Source of the DNA: an uncultured Candidatus Saccharibacteria bacterium
Lineage (GTDB): Bacteria > Patescibacteriota > Minisyncoccia > Phycocordibacterales > CAIZLB01
Reading direction: 5' to 3'
Assembly: GCA_964520545.1 (NCBI GenBank)
Contig: CAZFOD010000004.1
Location: forward strand, 4,844-68,843
Length of the DNA: 64,000 bases
The translations under genes were made by a program, and so were the position numbers. The notes under the pieces were generated by a model that saw only the letters and a list, made by a program, of their open reading frames with translations, made no database searches and was not told the DNA's origin. Shown here piece after piece: positions 19,410 to 29,588 of this stretch (its first letter is position 1; each line of letters opens with the position of its first letter).

Positions 19410-19982
19410 ATGTTGATCCAATCTTTGTACATATTGTTGTACATCACATTTCTTACAAGTATTTCTCTTGCTGCAGCTTCTGCACTTCTCTGTGATGGTT
19501 TCTTCTTCATTTCAGTAATTCGTCGGAGACTTCAGGTGGGTGAAATAAAGATACTCCGAATCCTCTGTGGGGTAAGCTCAGTCAGTTCTCTCATTGCTGG
19601 AGTGTCGCTTATTAAACTCATGGCAATGCGTATTAGTGATGGTGTCACCCCTGGAGAAGGAATACTCCTCGCTCTTTCACTTATGCTACTTGTTGCGTTT
19701 ACTTCTTCTGTCAGCATGCGTAACCTTCACCTCCCAGCTTTGCACCGACACCAGCACGACTATCACCATATTTCAGAGTCTTTCCTCGACCACCAAAGGT
19801 CCCTTATTTCAACGGGAGCTGTTTCAATAGTGACATGGATATTCATCATCACCATCGTAGCGGCGGATGCAAGAGGGCTTGCTTTAGAGACCAGCTTCTT
19901 CAAAATATCCATTTTGTATGTCATAACAGCATACCTATTCTCAAAACTAGCCTTAGTTATCAAGCGTAAAATCCGCTCCTAA
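19410..19982 (+). CDS. multi-TM hypothetical protein
   Basis: 190 aa, ~5 hydrophobic helices. Confidence 0.65.
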   Translation: MLIQSLYILLYITFLTSISLAAASALLCDGFFFISVIRRRLQVGEIKILRILCGVSSVSSLIAGVSLIKLMAMRISDGVTPGEGILLALSLMLLVAFTSSVSMRNLHLPALHRHQHDYHHISESFLDHQRSLISTGAVSIVTWIFIITIVAADARGLALETSFFKISILYVITAYLFSKLALVIKRKIRS

Positions 19983-20056
19983 ATTATCCCCACCTTGTAC
20001 ACAAAGTTTTTTGATTTTTAGCCTTTTTTTCATAGTACGAATGATAGAATGCAGAC

Positions 20057-21496
20057 ATGAATCCGACGAGGAACTCTCCTAAGCAATATAGTAACCGCGC
20101 GCAACCAAGCCAATATGCTTCTGATAGTTCAGCGCGCAGAGAATTACGTGTACCTCCACACAGCATTGATGCTGAAAAGGCAGTTCTCGGTTCTGTCATG
20201 CTCCGACAAGAAGCCCTTACCGACATTATCGATATCATAAGTGAAGAATCATTCTACAGTGAGAAAAATAGAATCATCTTCCGTACGATGGTTGAGCTAT
20301 CAACTAAAAATGAACCTATCGACCTTCTTTCACTTAAGAACATTCTTGAAGGCACAAGTCAGCTCGAACAAATTGGTGGTGCTGCATACCTTACAGACCT
20401 CGTACACACAGTTCCCTCTGCAACAAACATCAATCACTATGCAAAGATCGTAGAAAAGAAATTCATGATGCGAAATCTCATTCATGCATCAGAATTCATT
20501 GCCCAGATTGGATTCGATGAAGATGGAGAACTTGATGAAATTCTCGACAAGGCTGAGAAGCGTGTTTTTGACCTTACTCAAAAAGGTTCTGCTCATAAGT
20601 TCCAGGAAATTAAGGACGCTCTCGTTGAACAATGGGAAACCATCGACAGACTTCATAATGCAAAGGATGAATTGCGTGGAGTTCCAACAGGATTTAAAGA
20701 TATCGATAACAAGCTCGCAGGTCTTCAAAAATCAGACCTCATCATTCTTGCTGCCCGACCTTCAGTTGGTAAGACATCATTTGCTCTTGATATCGCCCGC
20801 AACGCTGCCGTTGACCACAACATCCCTGTAGGTATCTTCTCTCTTGAAATGAGCGCCCAACAGCTCACACAACGTATGCTTGCGTCTGCATCGAGAGTGG
20901 ATGCGTGGAAACTACGAACAGCAAAGAACCTCCAAGAAGATGACTTCGAATTCCTCCGAAACGGACTCGACAAGCTCTCTCGTGCCCCTATATACATCGA
21001 CGATCAGCCGGGAAACAACATCTTGAAGATGCGATCAATTGCAAGAAGACTCAAGGCTGAAAAAGGACTTGGTCTCATCATTGTCGACTACTTGCAGCTC
21101 ATGGTACCAACCCAATCAAAGAACAATGACAACATCGTTCAGCAAGTAACAGAAATCTCACGATCGTTGAAAAACCTTGCTAGAGAGCTTGATGTTCCAG
21201 TACTCGCACTCTCACAGCTCTCTCGTGCCGTTGAACAACGAGGAGGAAAGCCTCGACTCTCTGATCTTCGAGACTCAGGTTCCATTGAGCAAGACGCCGA
21301 TGTTGTTATGTTCATCCATAGAGAGGACAGATACAAGGATCATTCAGAACGAGACAACATGGCGGAAATCCTCATTGAAAAGCATCGAAATGGTGCAACA
21401 GGAAGTGTCATGCTCAAGTTCGACGACAAGCATACAAGCTTCATATCAATCGAGAAGAGTGACTTCGGAGATTTTGATCAGCACTTAGCTCAATAA
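20057..21496 (+). CDS. dnaB: replicative DNA helicase
   Basis: PPHSIDAE, AARPSVGKT, DYLQLM, SQLSR, DLRDSGSIEQDAD. Confidence 0.98.
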   Translation: MNPTRNSPKQYSNRAQPSQYASDSSARRELRVPPHSIDAEKAVLGSVMLRQEALTDIIDIISEESFYSEKNRIIFRTMVELSTKNEPIDLLSLKNILEGTSQLEQIGGAAYLTDLVHTVPSATNINHYAKIVEKKFMMRNLIHASEFIAQIGFDEDGELDEILDKAEKRVFDLTQKGSAHKFQEIKDALVEQWETIDRLHNAKDELRGVPTGFKDIDNKLAGLQKSDLIILAARPSVGKTSFALDIARNAAVDHNIPVGIFSLEMSAQQLTQRMLASASRVDAWKLRTAKNLQEDDFEFLRNGLDKLSRAPIYIDDQPGNNILKMRSIARRLKAEKGLGLIIVDYLQLMVPTQSKNNDNIVQQVTEISRSLKNLARELDVPVLALSQLSRAVEQRGGKPRLSDLRDSGSIEQDADVVMFIHREDRYKDHSERDNMAEILIEKHRNGATGSVMLKFDDKHTSFISIEKSDFGDFDQHLAQ

Positions 21497-21505
21497 CAGA
21501 AAGAT

Positions 21506-22138
21506 ATGGATGCGATAGAAAAACTGACAGAAGTATTCCGAAAGTTTCCAGGCATAGGCCCTAGGCAGGCTCGTCGTTTTGTATATCACCTCCTCACGCA
21601 GTCATCTGGGAACATTGATGAGATGACAAATCTCATTAAGCAACTTGGGCAAAGCATAGCAGTCTGTGCTTCCTGCTATCGATACTTCCCTCTCAACGAA
21701 AGAAAAGCTGCTAACGGACTCTGTTCGATTTGTAACAATCCTGAAAGAGACCATTCTCTTCTCACCATTGTCTCGAGAGACATTGATCTTCAAGCGATGG
21801 AAAAGAGCCGAGCATACAATGGTCTCTACTTTGTCCTCGGAGGCAGTGTTCCCATATTAGACGAGGCACCGCAGTTGCGTATCCGACAACATGAACTTGA
21901 AAAGACTGTTGCTTCACGGGCTAGTGACTCAAACCACCCGTTGCGGGAAATTATCATCGCATCAAGTGTTAATCCTGAGGGAGAACATACTGCTTTGTAT
22001 ATTAGCGCCCTACTCAAACCCCTCACCGAGGAGAAGAAGATAAAGATATCAACGCTTGGACGAGGACTCTCAACAGGAACTGAACTTGAATATTCAGATG
22101 CTGATACCATTAAGTCTGCTCTGGAGAACAGAAAATAA
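21506..22138 (+). CDS. recR: recombination mediator RecR
   Basis: PGIGPRQARR HhH, C4 zinc finger, Toprim, ELEYSD. Confidence 0.95.
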   Translation: MDAIEKLTEVFRKFPGIGPRQARRFVYHLLTQSSGNIDEMTNLIKQLGQSIAVCASCYRYFPLNERKAANGLCSICNNPERDHSLLTIVSRDIDLQAMEKSRAYNGLYFVLGGSVPILDEAPQLRIRQHELEKTVASRASDSNHPLREIIIASSVNPEGEHTALYISALLKPLTEEKKIKISTLGRGLSTGTELEYSDADTIKSALENRK

Positions 22139-22147
22139 TTTACACAT

Positions 22148-22576
22148 ATGAATCAAGAAAATCATACAGAAATATTACGAGAGCTTGCTAAGAAAGAAAT
22201 CGAGATACTAAGAAATGCAAAGCAACCTCTTGTTCGTGTTGCCGGCCCATGGACTACCGGAGGATTCGGCTACGAGGAGAACATACGAAGGTTCGATATG
22301 GCAGAAAAAGCACTAAGGAAAAGAGGATATACAATAGTCGACTATTTCACCTCTGAAGAGACAATTAAGAAGCTTCGAGATGAAAATGTCAGCCCAGACC
22401 TCATCATGGATGAATATCATAAGCCGATACTTGAATCGGGATACATACAGAAGGCGTTCTTCATGCCGCGATCAGATGAATCTGCAGGTGCAACATGGGA
22501 AAGAAACTTCATCCGCGACAATACAAATATTGAAATCCTGGAAGTGCCCGAAGACTGGATTACAGAAACTGAGTAG
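22148..22576 (+). CDS. DUF4406-like hypothetical protein
   Basis: VAGPWT...ENIRRF...ESAGATWE pattern. Confidence 0.6.
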   Translation: MNQENHTEILRELAKKEIEILRNAKQPLVRVAGPWTTGGFGYEENIRRFDMAEKALRKRGYTIVDYFTSEETIKKLRDENVSPDLIMDEYHKPILESGYIQKAFFMPRSDESAGATWERNFIRDNTNIEILEVPEDWITETE

Positions 22577-22622
22577 ATAACACTCTTGAAAACCAAGTGC
22601 AATCTGTTAGGCTTAAGGCAGG

Positions 22623-22745
22623 ATGAGCGCGAAAAAAAAGAAAGGGACGTTGCCTGGGCGACGCATAGCCGCGAAGAAGATTGCCACACGCAATCTGTCT
22701 CCACGCGAAAGACGAATATATCGTCAGCTATACCCAGGGAAGTAA
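22623..22745 (+). CDS. putative 40-aa basic micro-protein overlapping a structured RNA
   Basis: MSAKKKKGTLPGRRIAAKKIATRNLSPRERRIYRQLYPGK; TTGAAA-16-TAGGCT promoter; terminator ~22765..22799. Confidence 0.45.
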   Translation: MSAKKKKGTLPGRRIAAKKIATRNLSPRERRIYRQLYPGK

Positions 22746-22812
22746 AGTTGACGACACAAAAAGAAAAGCCATGGATTTCGGTCCGTGGCTTTACTTTTTA
22801 ATACTGAGATAT

Positions 22813-23214
22813 TTAGGCGATAGCTGTGATTTTCACTTTGAAGTGAGGCTGTCGGTGACCGTTCTTAGGAATACCAGATCGGCTCTTTTGCTTGTATCGC
22901 ATGATAATAACCTTTGCATCTCGTCCGATTTCTGCAATTTCACCAGTTACCTTCTTTCCTGAAATTGTAGGTGTTCCGATAACAGTGTCAGAACCGTTGT
23001 CAGTAAGGAGAACATCTGAAAATTCAATCTTGTCGCCAACCTTGTACTCACCAATCATCTTTTCAATCTTAACGATTGTACCTTCAGAAACTCGGTACTG
23101 CTTTCCTCCAGTCTTGATGACTGCGAAGTTTGCAGACGTAATAGCCTCTGCCTTTGTAGGTGCCTTTTCAGCCTTTGGAGCTGCTTTTGTTGTCTTTTTA
23201 GCTGTAGTTGCCAT
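22813..23214 (-). CDS. rplU: 50S ribosomal protein bL21 with Lys/Ala-rich N-terminal extension
   Basis: FAVIKTGGKQYRV...GHRQP. Confidence 0.97.
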   Translation of the reverse strand: MATTAKKTTKAAPKAEKAPTKAEAITSANFAVIKTGGKQYRVSEGTIVKIEKMIGEYKVGDKIEFSDVLLTDNGSDTVIGTPTISGKKVTGEIAEIGRDAKVIIMRYKQKSRSGIPKNGHRQPHFKVKITAIA

Positions 23215-23364
23215 AGGGTTACCAATATACATTATTAGCCATATTTAATCAATACCTCACGAAACCGCTGTATCTATGGGTATTTTTAGGGTCAAAAAGC
23301 CAAAAGAAAACCGCCACCTTGCGATGGGGTTTTCCCTTCGCTTGGTAGCGGTCCGTATCCCCAA

Positions 23365-23628
23365 TTAAGGAAGCTCTCTTCCCGCGAGGAGTCTGGTTCG
23401 GTTCAATCCTGACCAGATGTAATCGGCGTCCGTTGTATACAGTCCAACGTCACGCCCTGCCACTAATTTGGGCAGCATCTTGTCGAGCAACCCTTCAGCC
23501 TGATCGGCTAGAGTGATGGTCTCTTCAATAGGTGCTAACTCCTTGCTCAGCACCCCCCGAATCTTATCGGCGGGTGTTCCAGTTAACTCAGCGAGCTTAG
23601 TCGCTAGGTCGTTTAGCATTTTGTCCAT
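23365..23628 (-). CDS. orphan small protein
   Basis: 87 aa; AGAAAGG RBS; terminator 23302..23353. Confidence 0.65.
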   Translation of the reverse strand: MDKMLNDLATKLAELTGTPADKIRGVLSKELAPIEETITLADQAEGLLDKMLPKLVAGRDVGLYTTDADYIWSGLNRTRLLAGRELP

Positions 23629-23698
23629 GTAGTCCTTTCTTGTTGATGTACTTTGACTGTCGAATGAAAACTAACACAATGATTCAGAAACAACAATC

Positions 23699-24268
23699 CT
23701 AAAGGTCAGGAAGTGTTTCTACCCTTGAGATCTGGACTGGCTGCAAGAGTTCTTTCTGTCGGGGTCCATACCAGGCCTCGGCAAAGAAGAGTTCACTGTC
23801 GTCCTTGCTTCCAAGGACAATCGGTACCCAACTTGGGTCTGCAGGCATCATCTGGTCCAAAGGGAGTTTATCGATATCAAACCAGGTTGGCTCCCCTGCT
23901 TCATCGGTTTCTTCGACATTGCCAGTCCATTCGTTGGCGATATATACGTGAACGCGACAAGTGAATGGTTCACCGGCTTCAGTGATATTGTGGAAATCAA
24001 CGACGGCTTTCTTTTTCAACTTCTTTGGATCAAGAATGACACCTTTCCCAGTTAATGGGTCTGGCTTCTTGTTCTTACTCGTCTCTTCACCGACTTCACG
24101 AACGACACATTGAAGTGCTGTTTCGTCTTCATCGATGCCGCCTCCGTGAGCATTAAAGCAGCCAGCGCCAATCTTCTTCAGTTTCCTGATGAGTTGCACC
24201 CTGTGGCCCTCAACAAGAAAACAAAGCGTCGCTCGATAGAGTACCTTCTCTGCGTTTTGTTCGTTCAT
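23699..24268 (-). CDS. Nudix hydrolase (MutT/MTH1-like)
   Basis: GGGIDEDETALQCVVREVGEET Nudix box; ETDEAGEPTWF...MMPAD. Confidence 0.85.
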   Translation of the reverse strand: MNEQNAEKVLYRATLCFLVEGHRVQLIRKLKKIGAGCFNAHGGGIDEDETALQCVVREVGEETSKNKKPDPLTGKGVILDPKKLKKKAVVDFHNITEAGEPFTCRVHVYIANEWTGNVEETDEAGEPTWFDIDKLPLDQMMPADPSWVPIVLGSKDDSELFFAEAWYGPRQKELLQPVQISRVETLPDL

Positions 24269-24324
24269 AATATTGTGGGTTGAGGTTTCTGTTTAGAATA
24301 TATACCCCTCCCTTAAAAACGCAA

Positions 24325-25434
24325 TTAGTCTTCTGTCTCTTCCGCCAATGGTTTTGCAAGCTCTAGTGGTTCTACCCCAGCTGCCACACCACTTATTTTC
24401 ATAACATCCTTATCAATCTTTTTAAGCTCCTTATGAGCCTTGTTGTAGTGATTGACGGTTGTTCCCAAAGAGCTGCCTAGTGATTGCATAAACTGCTCGT
24501 ATGCCCCTATATGCTTACCGAGGTCTTCTACCTTCTTTCGGATTTCCTTTGCTGATTCCTCAATCTGCAATGCCTTAAGACCCTGCATAACAGTCTGTAG
24601 ATATGCGAGGAATGATGTTGGAGACACTATGATGACATGTCGCTCCTTAAAGGCGTAGTCTATGAGGTCTCGAGTATTAATCTTCACTGAACCAACCTGA
24701 GCGATGAGTAAGTCATAGTAAATCGCTTCATGTGGAATGAACATAAAAGCAAAGTCCATAGTGTCTTCATCTGGCTTTATATATTTAGAAGTCTCATCGA
24801 TTCTGTTTTTAAGATCATTTCTGAAAAGCTTTTCAAGACGTTCCCGCTCCTGAGGATCTCGTTCTTCAACGAGACGGTTGTAGTTCTCCAAACTGAACTT
24901 TGAGTCAACAGGAATTATTTTGTCTTTAATAAATACAACAGCGTCTACGATTGTTCCATCCTTGAAAGGATATTGCATCTGAAAGCCAGTTGGAGGCATG
25001 ACATTCTTTAAAAGTGACTCGAGGTAATATTCACCGAGAATACCTCGCTGTTTTGGATTCTTCAGAATATCCTGGAGACTTTGCAACTGATCTGCAAATG
25101 AAACCACCTGCCTATTTGTCTCATCAAGTTTTGTAAGACGCTCTGTTACGTCTTTAATGAGGCGGAACGATTCCCCTGTTTGGTGACGGAGAGAATCCTG
25201 CATTTCCTTAGCACTTGCACCAAGCTTAGTGTCCATAGAGCGAGACACATCTGTCATTTTGCTATCAACCGTAGCGGCCAAGTTGTTAATCTGAGTCAGG
25301 AGAAGCTGAAGGCCAGTATCGGTCTGACTTCCCTCACCTGCCTTCTTACGACTCTGAAGGATGAAGTACCCAAAAAGAGCGGCGTTGATGAGGAGGACAA
25401 GAAAGGCTACAATGAGCACAACGGTATTATTCAT
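24325..25434 (-). CDS. rmuC: DNA recombination protein RmuC
   Basis: NPKQRGILGE, VDSKF, FAFMFIPHE, VSPTS. Confidence 0.93.
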   Translation of the reverse strand: MNNTVVLIVAFLVLLINAALFGYFILQSRKKAGEGSQTDTGLQLLLTQINNLAATVDSKMTDVSRSMDTKLGASAKEMQDSLRHQTGESFRLIKDVTERLTKLDETNRQVVSFADQLQSLQDILKNPKQRGILGEYYLESLLKNVMPPTGFQMQYPFKDGTIVDAVVFIKDKIIPVDSKFSLENYNRLVEERDPQERERLEKLFRNDLKNRIDETSKYIKPDEDTMDFAFMFIPHEAIYYDLLIAQVGSVKINTRDLIDYAFKERHVIIVSPTSFLAYLQTVMQGLKALQIEESAKEIRKKVEDLGKHIGAYEQFMQSLGSSLGTTVNHYNKAHKELKKIDKDVMKISGVAAGVEPLELAKPLAEETED

Positions 25435-25469
25435 ACAAAACAGTATATCAAAACTTTAAAGAAAATTTT

Positions 25470-25922
25470 ATGTCACTACAGGAACAAATCAAAGGAGAGA
25501 TCAAAACAGCAATGATGGCGAAAGATACAGTTAAACTTACAGTCGTACGAGGCCTCGCAACGGCATTCATGAATGAGCTCGTTGCTACAAAACGAACCCC
25601 TCAGGACATGCTTACTGACGAAGAAGCCTCAGCCGTCATTCGCCGAGCTGTTAAACAGCGTAAAGACTCAATTGAGCAGTTTAAGGCTGCAGGACGCCCA
25701 GAACTTGCTGAAAGCGAACAGGCTGAGCTTGCAGTGCTCGAGACATATCTTCCAAGTATGATGTCAGTTGATGAAATTCGACCCATTGCAGAGGCTAAAA
25801 AAGCCGAACTAGGCATTACCGACAAGTCTAAGGTAGGAATGCTCATGAGTGCTGTCATGAAAGACCTCAAAGGCAAGGCAGATGGTGCAGATGTGAAGAC
25901 TGTTGTTGAGGGCTTGTTTTAA
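25470..25922 (+). CDS. GatB/YqeY domain protein
   Basis: AMMAKD...KQRKDSIEQF...GRPELAE...YLP. Confidence 0.93.
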   Translation: MSLQEQIKGEIKTAMMAKDTVKLTVVRGLATAFMNELVATKRTPQDMLTDEEASAVIRRAVKQRKDSIEQFKAAGRPELAESEQAELAVLETYLPSMMSVDEIRPIAEAKKAELGITDKSKVGMLMSAVMKDLKGKADGADVKTVVEGLF

Positions 25923-25968
25923 TATCTGTTTAGTGGTTTAATTTAATTCCAGAAGGAGACCGAATCAT

Positions 25969-26247
25969 ATGAAGCTATTCAAATCGTTTGAACATCCTGA
26001 GATGGTGGAAAGAGGTGTACAAAAACTGCGTGACTTCCGAACCGGAGAGCGTACGCTAAACAGCGAGGAGCTTGCTGGAATCCGCGAAGAGCAACGTGCG
26101 CGCAGTGAAGACAAAACACCACCTGCACCCGTCGAAACAAACCCACCGAGGAGATCCGACAACTCGATGGCGGCATTCGACGAATGGCAACGGAAACAAG
26201 AAGCCGAAGAAGAAGAGCGACAAGAAAGGTGGGGCCATCAGCAGTAA
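25969..26247 (+). CDS. orphan small charged protein
   Basis: 92 aa; AGAAGGAG RBS; terminator 26265..26302. Confidence 0.55.
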   Translation: MKLFKSFEHPEMVERGVQKLRDFRTGERTLNSEELAGIREEQRARSEDKTPPAPVETNPPRRSDNSMAAFDEWQRKQEAEEEERQERWGHQQ

Positions 26248-26307
26248 TCACCGTCTTAAGGAATATCAGGCGACCTCAACTCGAGGTCGCCTGATTCTTT
26301 TTACACC

Positions 26308-27945
26308 CTACGCATTAGTACCCACTCTCCCCTTCACCTTGTCCAAAGCTTCAGAGGTACTGCCAACCACAAAATCATTATCTTTGAGCTTTGTGAACCA
26401 TTTCTTTTTTGCGAAAAGTGGAAGGATCTGTGGAGAAATACCTGAGAGATATACCTCCTTTCCTCTGCCTTCAAGTTCAGTAACAATCTCATCAACGGCC
26501 TCGAGACCATCGATATCTACATAGAAGAGATTCTTAAAGTTTAGGATTATGAAATGATCCCCATTGATGCGGTGTACAAATTCCTTGTGACCTTCTGCGT
26601 TCATGTAGTTTAACTCTCCAACGAATCGATATATGAGCGTATTACCTCCTGTTTTCTGTACATCGAAATCTGCTGCAGAATATCTTTCCATTTCCCCATG
26701 CGCATCACCGATAACAACTTCACCTTGAGCCTGAGACAGGTAGTTTACAAAGAAAAGAAGTGAAATTGCTGATCCAGCAAGGATACCAATGAGCGGATCA
26801 TACACAACACACAGCACTGCAACGAGAATTGAAAGACCACATGCTGTTTTGTCGAACTTGTAGAGGTTAATAAAATGCTCTGCAGCTACCATTCGGAATG
26901 CGAGGAATATCAAGATTGAAGCAACGATTGGCATTGGTAGATATGAAAAGCCAGGGAGGAATACAAGTGATATGACAGCAACGGCGATGGCGTTAATGAT
27001 TGCAGAATAGTTTGAAGTTGCACCGCTTCTGATGTTCAAAGCAGTTCTCGCAAAAACACCAGTTGAAGGAAGTCCTCCGAAGAATCCAGAGACAATGTTT
27101 GCAAGGCCAATACCAAGCACTTCCCTACGCTGCTTGAACTTTGTCTTTGTCATACCATCGGCAACCTTTGCACTAAGGAGCGTCTCCAAGACAATAATAA
27201 CGGCAACCAATGGTGCCGCCTTAATAATCGTCAAATTGAAAGCAGAAGCAGTAAAATCTGGTACAGAGAAGAGATGCAGAGACACGGCTCCAAACTTTGT
27301 CTGCACAGTCTGAAAAGCCAATGGAAGCCAATCTCTTGTAGTTGCGTAGCCCACGCAAATACCACCAACGGCTACCGCAATGATACCTGGAAACTTTGGT
27401 GCAAACTTCATGAATGCAAAGAGTGCTGCAAGTCCAAAAATGAAAAGTCCGAATGCGTCCCAGTTTGTCTTACTTAAGTTTGAAAGTGACTCGAGCACGT
27501 TTTTCATAAACGTCTCGTGTGAAGCGAGGCCTGTGAGACCAAAAGCGGCGTTGAGCTGACCAAAGCCGATAGTGATTGCAACTGCAAGTGTAAATCCGTG
27601 AATTACACTCGAAGGGATGAAAACAACATATCGATCAAGACGGAAAAACCATGCAATGAGGATGATAACTCCAGAGATGATAGCTATGACTGGTAATACC
27701 GCAGCACCGTACATAAGTGCATAGCTTGCGAGGATTCCCGAAAGTGCTCCTGCTGGTCCAACAATATTAAAAAGGCTTCCTCCAATCAACGCAGAGACAA
27801 TACCAGCCCAAATAGCTGTCACGATTCCAGCAGAAGGTGTAGCTCCAGAAGCAATGGCGAGTGCCAAAGACATTGGAATGTTAACAAGTGCAACAGTAAG
27901 ACCGGCTTTCCAGTTCATCTTAACTTCAGAGAGTATGTTTTTCAT
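26308..27945 (-). CDS. SulP-family anion transporter with STAS domain
   Basis: AGLTVALVNIPMSLALA, GPAGAL, C-terminal DIDGL STAS. Confidence 0.95.
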   Translation of the reverse strand: MKNILSEVKMNWKAGLTVALVNIPMSLALAIASGATPSAGIVTAIWAGIVSALIGGSLFNIVGPAGALSGILASYALMYGAAVLPVIAIISGVIILIAWFFRLDRYVVFIPSSVIHGFTLAVAITIGFGQLNAAFGLTGLASHETFMKNVLESLSNLSKTNWDAFGLFIFGLAALFAFMKFAPKFPGIIAVAVGGICVGYATTRDWLPLAFQTVQTKFGAVSLHLFSVPDFTASAFNLTIIKAAPLVAVIIVLETLLSAKVADGMTKTKFKQRREVLGIGLANIVSGFFGGLPSTGVFARTALNIRSGATSNYSAIINAIAVAVISLVFLPGFSYLPMPIVASILIFLAFRMVAAEHFINLYKFDKTACGLSILVAVLCVVYDPLIGILAGSAISLLFFVNYLSQAQGEVVIGDAHGEMERYSAADFDVQKTGGNTLIYRFVGELNYMNAEGHKEFVHRINGDHFIILNFKNLFYVDIDGLEAVDEIVTELEGRGKEVYLSGISPQILPLFAKKKWFTKLKDNDFVVGSTSEALDKVKGRVGTNA

Positions 27946-28057
27946 ATATTTTAGAGGTAATGTTGATAGTACAACGCTAATTATGAATAATCAACATGAG
28001 ATATACCCTATAAACAAAGCGCCGCCCGGGGAAATTCCCGGACGGCGATTTTTCACT

Positions 28058-28447
28058 TCAAGTTGGTTCCAAGGAGCTGGCATGAGCATCAGGCATCTGG
28101 AGACTGAGTCGATGGGCACCTGAATCGGTCAGCTTGTACTCCACGACCTCAACGGACATGATGTCCTCTTTGTCGTCTGGGTACCTGTAATGCCTGGTGT
28201 GGTTACGACTCGACGCATACCCTTTCCGGTCGAGCCATTCCAGCATTTTCTTCACCTCCCCCCTGGTAAGCCATCCTCCGCAGTGTTCCTGGAGTTCCCG
28301 TTTTAACTCCTCCGCGGTCTGCCACTTTCGTGTTTGAAGTTTGCAGAGGTAGTCGACCTCTTTGGCCGACGCACGCTTGCAGTACCAGAGACCTGATACA
28401 AGGAGTACGGTCAAACTAACGGCCACATAGGCCACATGAATATTCAT
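28058..28447 (-). CDS. orphan membrane-anchored protein with wHTH-like segment
   Basis: N-terminal TM; LEWLDRKGY...YKLTDSG; TTGACG-17-TATTTT promoter; terminator 28011..28054. Confidence 0.6.
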   Translation of the reverse strand: MNIHVAYVAVSLTVLLVSGLWYCKRASAKEVDYLCKLQTRKWQTAEELKRELQEHCGGWLTRGEVKKMLEWLDRKGYASSRNHTRHYRYPDDKEDIMSVEVVEYKLTDSGAHRLSLQMPDAHASSLEPT

Positions 28448-28728
28448 ATTTTGGATCTTCTTGGTAAGGTTTTGATATCTGTAGCCACAGATGTTTTCCG
28501 ACGTACAAAATACGTTAATAATGAGGTTTCGTCAACTTCTCTATAGTAATTTACTGAGCTCAATTACGGCCATGGCTCTTGCTTCTTATGCAACTTTGTG
28601 CTGGAATACACCAAGTTCTTTTATATATGTTCGTCGCATTGTCTAGGGTGTCCTCTTTGATTCCTTAAACAATGCGACGACAAATACTGTTGCAGAAACA
28701 AACAACCCCTTGAAAGGAAATTACGATC

Positions 28729-29220
28729 ATGAAAGAAACCCTCACCTCTATGGGCTGGATCAGCAAGTCACTGATCTTAGCAATTGTCTTCGCAGCTTTT
28801 CCGCTCCTCATCACCAACATGGCACAACGAGGTGTAAAGCCAGAAGTGACGATTGCGTGGTGGACTGTAGGTGTGCCGATCGGCATATTTATTCTCTCGA
28901 TGTGTGGTGGAGGCGGTCTAATAACAAACGATTACCACGACTTCTTCATCAACACCAAAGCAATTCTCACCGTCTTCCTTCTGGGAGCTACAGTAGGAGT
29001 TATCCTTAACACCTTCTACGGACAAGCCGTACGAGACGCGCCGAACCCAGCGCTCGCAATCGCTGTAATCAATTCATCGATGGTGTTCGCGTTCCTTCTC
29101 GCTCCCCTGTTCCACAAGATTATGCCTCGATCTTTTCCAGCCGTTACTATGGACTGGACGGGAATTACTGGCACCATCCTTGTCCTGATGGGAGTTGTGA
29201 TGATTTCAAAGTCACGGTAA
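28729..29220 (+). CDS. 5-TM EamA/DMT-like membrane protein
   Basis: APNPALAIAVINSS...ITGTILVLMGV; GAAAGG RBS; terminator 29241..29279. Confidence 0.7.
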   Translation: MKETLTSMGWISKSLILAIVFAAFPLLITNMAQRGVKPEVTIAWWTVGVPIGIFILSMCGGGGLITNDYHDFFINTKAILTVFLLGATVGVILNTFYGQAVRDAPNPALAIAVINSSMVFAFLLAPLFHKIMPRSFPAVTMDWTGITGTILVLMGVVMISKSR

Positions 29221-29318
29221 GCGCTTCACCTGCAACAGTTAGCCCCGCCCAGAAATGGTGTCGGGGCTTTCTTGTTTTTATGATAGTAGTTTATATCGCA
29301 AACCCTTTCCTCGATAAG

Positions 29319-29588
29319 CTACTTTCTTGTATTCTCTTCTATCTTTTCCAAAAGACTAATTCGCTTATTAATTTTAAAATACCAGCATATAAATTCACGT
29401 CCGAACAGAAAGACAGCCAGCAAGAATAGAAATCCAAAAACCCAACTTAATGTGTGGCCGTTTGTAATATTATGGAAAGTTTTAAATCCACTCTTATAAT
29501 CGTAGGAAATAAAAATTAAAACAATTGCTAATAAGATTGAGAACACTATGGAAGACAGATTTGCTTTTTCTGGAGTATCTTTATTCAT
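29319..29588 (-). CDS. small 2-TM protein (AT-rich)
   Basis: REFICWYFKIN...LLEKIEENTRK; TGATATAAT upstream. Confidence 0.65.
   Translation of the reverse strand: MNKDTPEKANLSSIVFSILLAIVLIFISYDYKSGFKTFHNITNGHTLSWVFGFLFLLAVFLFGREFICWYFKINKRISLLEKIEENTRK

Noticed and set aside
19984-20004. DnaA-box-like 9-mers upstream of dnaB and at 34479
   Set aside because: Isolated imperfect matches with no cluster indicating oriC; a regulatory role cannot be supported.
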